A program made the position numbers and the translations under genes. The notes under the pieces are model-generated. The model ran no database searches and was not told the origin of the DNA. It saw nothing but the letters and a program-made list of their open reading frames with translations. Shown here one piece after another: positions 46,736 through 58,700 of a stretch of 64,000 nucleotides of DNA. This DNA is from Octopus bimaculoides (taxonomy: Eukaryota): assembly GCF_001194135.2 (NCBI RefSeq), contig NC_068984.1:121741244-121805243 (forward strand). Direction: 5' to 3'. How positions within the stretch are numbered: position 1 is the stretch's first letter; the number at the start of each line of letters is the position of its first letter.

Positions 46736-49723
46736 TATGATTTTTCCAGCTCACTGCCTTCACAAAGCAAATAATAATGCTAACATGATCATCATTATTA
46801 TCAGACGTGTCTTTCATGCTGACATGAGGTGGACGATTTGACAAGAGTTGGCAAGCCAGAGGACTTTGGCAAGCTGTATTGTTTGCTTTGGAATGGTTTC
46901 TACGACTGGATGCCATCTTAATGCTAACCACTTTGTAGAGTGTAGTAGGTGCTTTTTACATGGCACCAGTACTAGTGAAGTCACTAAGTAACCTACAAGA
47001 CAAAGATTTCTTAACTGAGAGGGGGAGTGGTATTGAGTGAGGTGGCTTTGTGCCAGGTGATGAAAGGTTAAACTATGATAGAGTGACAGAAACAAGTGTC
47101 TTCCTGCAAAGGAGAAACATGGTTACCCCAGTCAGAGAGAAAGAGAGAGGTGAATGTAAATTGGAGGATTGGACAGGGTGCATGAGCAGGGAGTTCACAA
47201 GCATGCAAAGGGAGAGAAAGGAAGGGAAGTGGAATGCAGTGAGTGGTGAAATAAGGTTATAAAGGGAGAATATCAGAAAGAAAAAAAACGCTATGATGGC
47301 GTTGATACAAGAGACAGCTTTGGGTGTGAATGAGGATAGAAACAATTCATAATCAACCAACTTTTTGTTCATAAATGATCATAAACTCTTTGCAGAGATA
47401 GATTCTTTAATTTAAAGCTGACAATTTATTTAGCAAGGATAGAAGAATGGAGTTCAGAATGAAGTATAGGTATAGACATGGTGATATAGTTATGAAGTCC
47501 ACTTCCCAACCACATAGTTTCAGGTTCAGTTACATTGCATGGTACCTTAGACAAGTGTGTTCAACTATAGCTCCAGGCTGACCAAAGCCTTTTGAGTGGA
47601 TTTGAAAGAAGCCTGTCATGTGTGTATGTGTGTCTTGACATCACATGATAAGTGAAAGCAAGAATCACCGTCACACAAGCAATGTCATTCACTTCCAGTC
47701 TTTTGTGAAAACATGTCTGGCCAAAGGAAATATATACCCTTGCTTGGAAGCAGATGAGGGTCAGCAACAAGGTCATTGAAGAGAATGGATATAAGCATTT
47801 AGGAACACAAGAAGTCACCAAGATCAAAGGAGACTGAAATAAAGGATGTATTTGAAAAAGAATACCAAAAAAGATTAAAATTTGTGTAAAAGTTGAATTT
47901 GTTCATTATCAGGAATGTGGTATGAAGCAGGGATTCTCAGATACAGTAAGGGAAAACTACAGCAGTGAGAAACTATAGCACTTAAAAATAATTACAAAAA
48001 TCTAGATCAGAGGTTCTCAACCATTCTAGGACTCCTTAGATTACCATTTTACTCTGGTGAACCCCCATAGACATTCGATGTTTAAACACTAGGTTTATAG
48101 ATTCATTCACTCGTATAGGTTTGCAATAGCCCTCTCTGAGAGAATATGTTTCAGTGGCCGGAAACATGTTGAACTATGTAAGACGTAAGAAAGAAACCTA
48201 ATTGTTTCTTGCAATAAATACATTTGAGACAAAATGTTTTTTCATGGATTCCTAAAATACTATTGTAGAACCCAGGTGGCGCTATGATAGAGTGGCCAAA
48301 ACCTATCAAAGATACCCAATTTACTATTATACTTGCTTGGACCCCCAAAAATCTTATATGGACTCCCAGGGATTCAATGGACCCTGGTTGAGAAGCACTG
48401 ATCCAGATACTTACTTCATAATTTCTTTAATATCACAGTCTTTATCCCAGTTCTGTACAATTCCAGGTATGTGTCCAAGACCAACAACACCAACAACAAT
48501 AGGATTGGTCTTACCTGCAAAGAAAACACACAAACAAAAAGAATGTCAAAATATGAGTTTTTCCTAATCATTCTCAGTTCACAACCACACAAGGGTCAAC
48601 TTTACTCTTTTCGCAAGTTCAATAATCAAATAATTACACAGGTCTTACACATGAGTAACCAAGCAGAAAATAGTCAAACTTTTTTTCCTTACTCATTCTT
48701 TTTTTTTAGAAGACCTCACTTGTTTATATGTACAACTCTTCTTTTCAAGAACCCACAATTACTTGTTCTGAGAAAGTTTTGCACAATGTCGTCTGCTTAA
48801 ACCAATGATTTTGTTTATCCCCAAGTCAGCCTTAATCCAGTATAGTGTCTCTATGAATATGGTTAGTCAACATTACTCCATAAGGAGCATAGCACTGGCT
48901 TCCTAGTTTCTCTGGCATATATATTCCTCCCAGGATGAAACCCCAGTTTATTGCATGATTAGTCATTTTTGCAAGCTCAGTGAACTGGAGCAATGCGAAA
49001 TGAAGTATTTTGCTCAAGAACACCATGCATCACCAGGTCTAGGAATCAAAACCACAATCTTATGATCATGAATCCAAAACCTTAACTTCTAAACCATGTA
49101 CTTCAAAATAAAACATTATTAAATTATGCAATATGGTCTTCTTGATTTTCATTAGTAAAGTAGGGTAAAATTTGAAAGAGATTCAACAGCTATTTTTAGC
49201 TGGCTGACTGATCATATGGAAACTAACTTGTTAGTGTTGGCTTGCCAAATTTAGCTTGAGATAAATCCAAAGTGATTCATATACAGCTTGAACTATATAC
49301 AAGAGCAGTGGAGAGTTGGAGTGTTGAACTAATAAAATGCATTAAAGTATTTAGTTTTATCATCAACATTCTATGTTCAAATCAGAGTGAGGTTTATAAA
49401 ACAAGTACCATTAATATGATGGAACTGATTCAACTACACAGAAATTACAATTCTGACTACACAAAATAAATCATTATAAAATCAGGGGCAAAAATGGCAG
49501 AGCTATCTATCTGGAATACTTTCCATTTCTTCTATCTTTTATTTGTTTCAGTCACTGGACTACGGCCATGCTAGAGTACTGCTTTGAAAGGTTTAGTTGA
49601 GCAAATTAACTTCAGCGCTTATTTTTTAAGCCTGGTACTTATTCTATCAATCTCTCGTTGTCAAACTGTTAACTTACAGGGAGCATAAAACAAACTATCA
49701 CTGGCTGTCAAGTGGGTGGAAGA

Positions 49724-49775
<52 letters not shown>

Positions 49776-52700
49776 CGTATACATATAGGACAGGCTTCTT
49801 TCTGTTTTCATCTATCAAATCTACTTACAAGACTTTGATCAGCCTGAGGATATGGTAGAAGACACTTGCCCAAGGAGTTGTACAGCTGTACGGTGGGACT
49901 GAGCCTAAGGCCACTCAGTTGGATAATTAGTTTCTTAACCACACAGCCATGTTTATACTTTTTTATACAAAAAAAAAGAGAGAGAAAACTGCAGGCACAT
50001 CAATTTAAGACATCACTGGACAATAAAGATCATGGAATGTTCAATGTGGACACCAGCTTGGTTGCAGGAGCTGCCAGAAGAGTGTTGAGTCGAACATTAA
50101 ACTGCCTACGGGGCGCCACTCCGGATTTCTTTGAAGGTTGTCTCCTTTCCGTAACCCTGGATAGGGGCCCATAACCAGGTACTGTCAGCTGGAGCCAGCT
50201 GAGCCCGGGACTCGTGACGATTGGGCTACCCAGGATTTTCTTACATCTAGCCCAGGCCTGCACAAAACTGGAGAGGACATTTCAGTGCTGCTGTAAAAGA
50301 GGCAGATGCACAACTCCATTGTCTCCCGAGACAAAAGGATACCAACAACAACAACATCAGAGATGTCTACAGCACTTGGCCAGTATAAGTTAACGTTTAG
50401 CAATTCATTTCAGCCACTTCTGTCAATTATACATTTCAATTAGTTTACTCTGCAAAAGTTTTCTGTACTAACTTTCTAGTAGACCACCTTACTATTCTAT
50501 TAATCTCTTTTTGTTGAACTGCTAAGTTACAGGGAGCATAAAACAAACTAACACTTGCGGATTCCAGTCTGATATGGCATGGTTTCTACAGCTGGATGCC
50601 CTTCCTAATGCCAACCACTCCAATTTACATCCCTGTAAATTAGCAATTTGTCAAAGAGACCAATGCAAGAAGAACCAGACTTTAAAAATAAAAGTACAGG
50701 GGTTGATTTGTTTGGCTAAACCCTTCAGGGCGGTACCCCACTGCCATTGTCCAATGACTGAAAGAAGATGAAAGATTATATGTGATAGTAATAGAACAGT
50801 AAAATGTGCTCAACTCACTTTCAGGATCAGGTTTAGAGAGTTTTTTAAGTGAGTATGCCAAGAAAATGTCTCGCTCTTCAACAAATACACGGCTAAGTGC
50901 AGGAAATTCTCCTGTCATTTCTTTCAGCATTTGTTCTAGTAAATCTTTCTGTTTACACATTTCTACATCCTCTTTCCTGGAAAAAAGAATAAAATAACAA
51001 TAACACAATTTCATCACAATATACACACATAGTCATACATAGACACACACACATACATACATACATATGTACATACACAGACATATACATACACATGTAT
51101 ATGCACACATACACACACACATATATATATAGTTTTACAGAGCACAAGGCAACTGCACTAGAATTGGTGCCACATGTGCAAGAACTGTAATATGGTCAGT
51201 AAATGAGCAACGATAATGTAGTATTGCTAGGACCCTTTAGACTTGTCAAGGCCATGACAACCTCTCTTGTGTTAATGCCACTCAGTAAAATAGTTGGTAA
51301 CAAGAACGGCATCCAGCTGCAGAAACCAAAATTGAAATGGACTAAAGAATGTGGTTCTCTGCGCTAACTAAAGGAGCAGCAACTCTGAATAGCAGCATGG
51401 AAATCAAAAAGAAAATAATGGTGATAAACTTTCAACTAAGATATAACTTTGATTAGGAGTCCACAACTACTGAGCACAACCAATATAAGGCCATGGATCA
51501 TTTGGTGCCAGGCCACACAGAAATCTGTTTTATTAACTACCACAGTCTGTGGGGCACTTTTGCACAATACTTGAAGCAAGATATCAACAAGTAAACCCAT
51601 ATTTGAACATCACAGCTACTGTCCCATTACAAATCTTAATAGAACAAAACAAAAAAAAAGGAAAAACAAATAAAAATGCAACTCACGTAATGGGTTCTTT
51701 AGTTGTTAGTAGAAACCAGGTCAAACGTAGTTTCTGCCACCAAGACAAAGACTGTAGTGCCCTACGTAGTGTCACCTGAATTGGACGATCCCCCAGATGG
51801 AAGTCACACCCAGGAATGTTTAATGCCTACAAAATAGTGGGAAAAAAAAATTTTTTTAAATCACAAAATAGATTCAAAAACATTTGTAACTTGAAAATAG
51901 TTTCCTGCTGTTGCTCAACTTTTAACTTGAAGACTTGGCAGGAAAAAAAAAACATACCTCTTTAAAAGCTCTTCGGAACTCACCCCCTGGTGCCATCCCA
52001 AGTTCCTTGGTTAAATGTGCAGAGAGGCTGAGAAGAAGTAGATGTAAGCAACCTTGAACAACTCCACTCTGAAAATAGAACAAAACAAAGGTGAATTTAG
52101 ATTGAACTAACAACGCAACAAGTAGTTCTCACATGTTCTACCACCCCTCAAACTCCCAGAACATATTCAAACATCTTGGCTATCATCCTCATAGCATTAT
52201 CTCTCCTGATTGGTCCAAACATCTAGACAAACCCTGGTACTCTACTATAATGCTATTCTATAAACACTATCATTTCTACATTATTCCTATCTTTACATGT
52301 CTAATCATCACTAAATATCTACAACATCCCTAAACAATATTACATTATCATCCTCAAAACGTACCTGACCCACTTACACCAGAACACACCAAACAAAAAA
52401 CACATACAAGCTACTGCATCAATAGCCACATTAACTTTAAATACTGCACTGATGAGCAATGAAGAATACCAATGAAGAATAACAACTGTTTCACTTCAAC
52501 CAAGTCCCACTTCCTCACTTGGGCTGTGAACATAACCAGAATACCAGACTGTACTCCATACAAGCTAACAAGACAATTTAAGAAAACGATAGGCTCCTCC
52601 AATACCATTGCATTCACTCCAACCTTTCATGAGAGACACTCTTTGACTGTCTTCATCACTCTATTTGTACACGCTATCCCCTTTCCACACACCTCCATCA

Positions 52701-55700
52701 TGTATACCCAGCCATCTCCCATCTCAACATGTGTCATGTTCATAAATGGCAAGTAATTCCTTCTACCATCATCCTCATCATTCTACTGTCATTACCCACT
52801 TCCATTTCACTTGGTCAACATATAAGAGACTGCATCAAACCATCTGTATCCAATACACTCTGCTTCACACCCCACCTGTACCACTGTCTCTCCTCCTGGA
52901 CTATTTGTCAGGAAAAAAAGACATACCTCACAATTTGCTCACTTCTATTATTATCCCTGTCTCCTTTCATTCCCATCCCAATAACCTTACAATCCTACCA
53001 TTGCTGCTTTCACACACCCATTCTGATTTTCTGCTATTCCCCTTCTCAGTCACATTATCTAAGATGTGAAGGTACACAACTTAGGTTACAGGGTATTCCC
53101 AACACTTACAGTATACAAGGCATACTGGTATACACTTACATTATACAAGGCATACTGGTATACACTTACATTATACAAGGCATACTGGTATTACATTATA
53201 CAAGGCATACTGGTATTACAGTATACAAGGCATACTCCATATACTGGTGTCACAATGGAAAGCACCCAAGACCCCACCAACTACTAAGCACCCTCTAAAG
53301 TAGTAATTCCCAATGTGAGGCATACGCCCCACTGGTAGGGCCTGGGAAAATTGTGGTTGGGCATTGTGCTGTAGTCGCCAGGCACAAGGTTCTGATAAAA
53401 GTGACTCACTTATTTTTTCCTAGTTAATAATGTACTTTTTTTTTTGTACTCAGTACTTAATAAAAGAGTTGCCGGTAGATTCTTTTGTATTGAATAATTG
53501 ATAAAATATTAAAAATAAAGTTGTTTTTTACCAATTACCAGTGGAACATCCATTTTTCTGAAAAGTTATAGGTAGGGCCTGGGGGGGGGGGGAAATAGGT
53601 TGGAAAACACAGCTCTAAAGTGACTGGTGAGCAAGTGGAAGTAAAGTAGAGTTGAGTTTCCTCAGTACTGTCTCATCAATTCTTTAGCAATCAGATTACT
53701 CTGTGCAATGTAATGCCTATTTATTTGCATCGTTTTGAATTAATCATACATTATCTTGTGGCTTAAAAATTTCAATGACATCATAGAATAGTTGTAAGAG
53801 GCTGGATCAGGCTAGTTTGTACAGAAAATAGACAGGATATTTGGGCTGGATATAGCCAGTTTAAATGCTAAAGGGTTAAGCACTTGACAGTCTCCCCAAT
53901 GCTGGTGTCTGCAAAAATACATCCAGTACACATTGTAAAGTGGGTGAAAAACAAGCAGAGAATGTGTGAGGTTGTGAGGTTCCTTTAGTTATGTCTTGCC
54001 AAGGAATTATCAACCTTTGTAATGTTGGTACCATGAGGAAATTCACTCAGTACAACCTGTAAAATGGTTGGTGATAGGAAACCAAGCCAAAATTGGCACA
54101 GACAAGCACCAGCCTTTGAGAGCAATCCCTCCTAGTATGAAATGACTCAGATCCAGACAGTTTGTCCAACCCAAGCCAGTATGATGATATGATGATGAAA
54201 TAGAACAAGATAAGAGAGGAGTAAATAGAGAAATGAATGAATGAAACATTTACCTGTTTAATAGAAAGTTTTATCTTCTCTAAGTTTATGTTTTTAGCTT
54301 CTTCCAAAAGGGTCTCTTCATCCAATTGTAATATATTTACACGACTACTGCACAGCTCTACCATCACAATGTCTGGTTTTACACACTGAATGGTCTGCAA
54401 CAAAAAAGAACAGATTTCAATAAATCACCACCACTACCATTATTATTATTATTATTATTACTATTATTATGGCAGTGAGCTGGTAGAATCATTAGCACGT
54501 TGGGTAAAATGTTTAACGGCATTTTGTCCATCCTTATGTTCTCAGTTCAAATTCTGTCAAGGCCAATTTTACCTTTCAGGGTCAATAAAATAAGTACTGG
54601 TTGAGCATTGGGGTTGATAATCAATTTACCCCCACCTCACCCACAAACTTGCTGGCCTTGTGCCAAAATTTGAAACTATTATTATTATTATTATTATTAT
54701 TATTGTGATAAGGTGGCAAGCTGACAGAGTTGTTAGCATGCCAGGCAAAATGCTTAGCAGCATTTCATCTGTCTTCACATTCTGAGTTCAAATTTTGCCA
54801 AGGTCAACTTTGCCTTTCATCCTTTCAGGGTCGATAAAATAAGTATCAGTTAAGTACTGGGGCTGAAGTAATTGACTTACCCCTCCTTGAAATTTGAAAT
54901 CATTATTATTATTGTCATAATTTCCTGAGTTGGCAAATGCAGAAGTGTCAAATTTAAAGCTTTACAGAACTCACACCTATCCCTGTATGTTTAGAATTCA
55001 AATACTACCAAGATTAACTTAGTCAGCAGGTCAGTAAAATAATACCAGTAATATGCTGTGATTGATTCATTCAATTATAACCGATCATGTATGAAAAAAA
55101 AATTGAGGTCTCACTAAAGAAGATTAGCAGATTCACTAGACCATGAAACAAAACACCATGCATGTTCTGGTTCTTTAGAATAAGTTCAAAATCTGCCAGG
55201 GATCAACTATACTTTTCAACAGTTCAATAGAATAAAGTATAAGTAGTGAGGCTGATATAATCAATTATATGCTTCTCACAAATTCCTGGCCTGTGCCCAT
55301 GTTAGAAACATAATTACCCTGTGCATGTAAGTAAAAGCACAGTATTGAAATCACTCGTTTTAGTCTGTCTGCGAAATTACTGAACAGATTTTCACCATTT
55401 TTGGCAGAAACAGTCATTGGATGAGTGGCTCGAAATGATGAAAATTTAGTATGGCCACTTTCGCGCGCGCGTGTGCGTGCGTGCGCGTGCGTGTGAGAGA
55501 GAGTAGCGTGATGGATTTGAGGGTTTCGTTTAGTTACAAGTTGATTTAATTTCACTGGGGTATAAATACCTATAATGGTGAAAAACTTCTCAAATTCTGT
55601 GCAATATTTTCTATAAGTATTTCATTTTGTTCACTTTTTTTTTCATATGAATCGACCCTCATCTGCATGTGTATAGATCATGGTGTACCTATGCACATAG

Positions 55701-58700
55701 ACATGTGTGGGTACATACATACATAGATATGTGCGTGTATGTATGTGTATACAGTGATGGATTCAAGGGTCTTGTTTTTTTACAAGTTGATTTCTTAATT
55801 TTACCGGACTATAAATACCTATAATGGTGATACATTAAAAAAAATAATTGAGTATGGGTAAGCAACACATTGTAAACCACACTATAACTTGTGAAAAAAT
55901 TTATCTGCACGCAGGGAATGCATCTCCCCTCGGGTGCCGTTTTTTTTTCATTAGTATTTGTAATGAGATCTGCATTACTTATAAAACAATTATGTTCCTT
56001 ACATCTTTTAGTACAATACAGCTGATACTATGCCTCAAATTGATTAAAAGGATTATAAAAGGAATTGTCTTTTATCAAAACAAGTAAATTTAAAAATCAT
56101 CAATCACTGAATCATAGGAGAAAAAAAATGGACAAAATAGTCTACATAAAAACTGATATTCTGAAAGACTCTCAATATGATATGAAGTTTTAAGTAATGA
56201 TCATGGGAGTCAATTACTTAACAATTATCAATTGATCATGATATGATCCTTACAAAGGTAGCAAGTTGGTAGAATCGTTAGCATACCCTATAATCTTAAA
56301 GCATACCTCAGTATTTAACACTTTCACTACGAAATTAAATTTCATGGTTCTTCCAGGTATGATGTTAAATCATCATCATCATCATCGTTTAACGTCCACC
56401 TTCCATGCTAGCATGGGTTGGACGACTTGACTGAGGACTGGTGAACCAGATGGCTACACCAGGCTCCAAACTGATTTGGCAGAGTTTCTACAGCTGGATA
56501 CCCTTCCTAACGCCAATCACTCCGAGAGTGTAGTGGGTGCTTTTACATGACACCGGCACGAAGGCCAGTCAGGCGGTACTGGCAACAGCCACACTCAAAA
56601 TGGTGTATTTTACATGCCACCTGCACGGGAGCCACTTCAGCGCCACTGGCAACGATCTCGCTCGAATGTTTTTTCACGTGCCACGAGCACAAGTGCCAGT
56701 AAGGCGACACTGATAACGATCACACTCAAATGGTGCTATTTACGTGCCACTGGCACGGGAGCCAGATAGCTGCTTTGGCAATGACCACGCTCGGACAGTG
56801 CTCTTAGCGCTCCACTGGTACAGGTGCCAACACGATTATCTACCAAAAAGTAATGAAGCCTCAATAACTCAACAGAAAATAGTTTCACACATGACATTCC
56901 TCAACAAAATCCAGACTGGTATACAAAACTGCTTCCCATAGTAAAGGCTAATGAAATTATAAGTAGGTATATTAGTTTCCCACAGTAAAAGAGTTAAGGT
57001 AATCAACAATAGTAAGAGTACAAACAAACCTTCGCCACATCTTCTTGACTCTCCAGACTAAAGTGTGCTGTCCCAACAATATATACTTTGCTGCCGTGTT
57101 CAGTAAGCAGAACAGTCACAGTTGATGGAAGTTCAATTTTTGTAATGTGTCGCACCGAATGTAAAGAATTCTGGTCATTATCATCATCGTCGTCGTCATC
57201 ATCATCAATTTCTGATTCATCTCCGCTATATGTCACCAGATCTAGAAAGAAAGACGGATTAAGTTTAGACAAGATGTATTTTAGTTTTGATTGATGAACT
57301 TAGATTAATGATTTGTAGTTGAACAACCTCAATAATTTATAGTTAAGTTACGGTCTTGTAGGAACCCATCATTCATCACCATCACTGTTTAATATCCGTT
57401 TTCCATACTGCTGTGGACTGGACAGTTCAACAGAAGCTGGTGAACCAGAGGACTTGCCAAGGTCAAATGTCTGCTGAGGCATAGTTTCTACAGCTGGATG
57501 CCCTTCCTAAAACCAGCCACTTTGCAGGATTCTGGAAGCTTTTTACAGGTTACTAAGCAACTCGTGATACAAGACCCCTCAACTGAGGTGAGGGATAGTA
57601 TTAAAGGAGGTGGTTTTATGCCAGGTGTTGAGAAGTTAAAATATGATAGAGGAACAAGTACAGGTACCTTGCTGTAAGGGAGATACATGGTTAACCCTTT
57701 AGTATTTAAACCAGCCATATCCAGCCAAAATGATCTGCCTGTTTTATCTTCAAGTTGGCCAGATCTGATATCTCACACTTATTTTACAATATTATTCTCA
57801 AAATAAATAACCATGTCATTGAAACCACAAAGCTACAAGGTAATGCATGGCTAATTCAAAGCAATGTGAATAAATAAACATTACATTTGACAAAGAAAAC
57901 TGAATGCTAAAAGGTTAACCCTATAGGAAAAGAGAGATGGTGGTAAAGAGGTGTCATGATTGAACAGGATGAATATGTAGTTCATGAGTGGGTAAGGAGA
58001 GTGGCAGAGAAGGGGATAGACGGAAATGGGTTGAGTGGTGAACACGGTTGAAGGCATGGCCAGTCATGAACATCATTTGGATGGGGAAGGTGGTGGAAGT
58101 AGAAGTTGATCTAGGTGGTAAAATGTAGCAGCACAGATGGTGTGAAATGTGCAGGAGAGGGTATGGGAGATGTACAGTGCCAGCGATGAAGTCAGAGGTA
58201 CATGAGGGTGGAAATAGTGCAGATGGAAACATAGGCAGATGTGTGATTTGATGTGAAATGAAATGCATCAATGTTTTAGTATTAGTCTTTGCATTAGACT
58301 GAAAGTATGTCAACTCATTTAGAAGGAATTTTACTGTGACTGCCAAGCTCAAAATTGACAGTTGCGTTTGTGAAAATACCAAAATCTAACTCTAGGCTCT
58401 CAAAGTGGGCACTACCGCCCCCTGATGGGTGTTGAGACTGTTCGGGTGGGCGCTGGTACCTAAGGGGGTGGTAGAGAAAAAGGAGGCATTGGGAAGAAGG
58501 CAGTGAATTGGGGATGCTATGAATTTATTATCATACTATTATAGTACTGTATACATATTGATAATATATTAAATATCAAATGATTCATAGTATATATAAA
58601 TTAGTAAAATATAAAATATTTATTTATACATGAAAATAGGGGTGGGAGCGCTGAGGGTGTTGTGTGGCTATGAGCAGGGTGGTGGCTGAACAAGTTTGAG

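Noticed and set aside
52729-53298. 189-aa ORF antisense to TRABD
   Set aside because: Made of decayed AC-rich repeat plus the in-frame minisatellite; no domain signature.
56540-56830. CRISPR-like appearance of hairpin repeats with variable spacers
   Set aside because: Eukaryotic intron, no cas genes; the spacers are homologous to each other and the array is internal to a retroposon.
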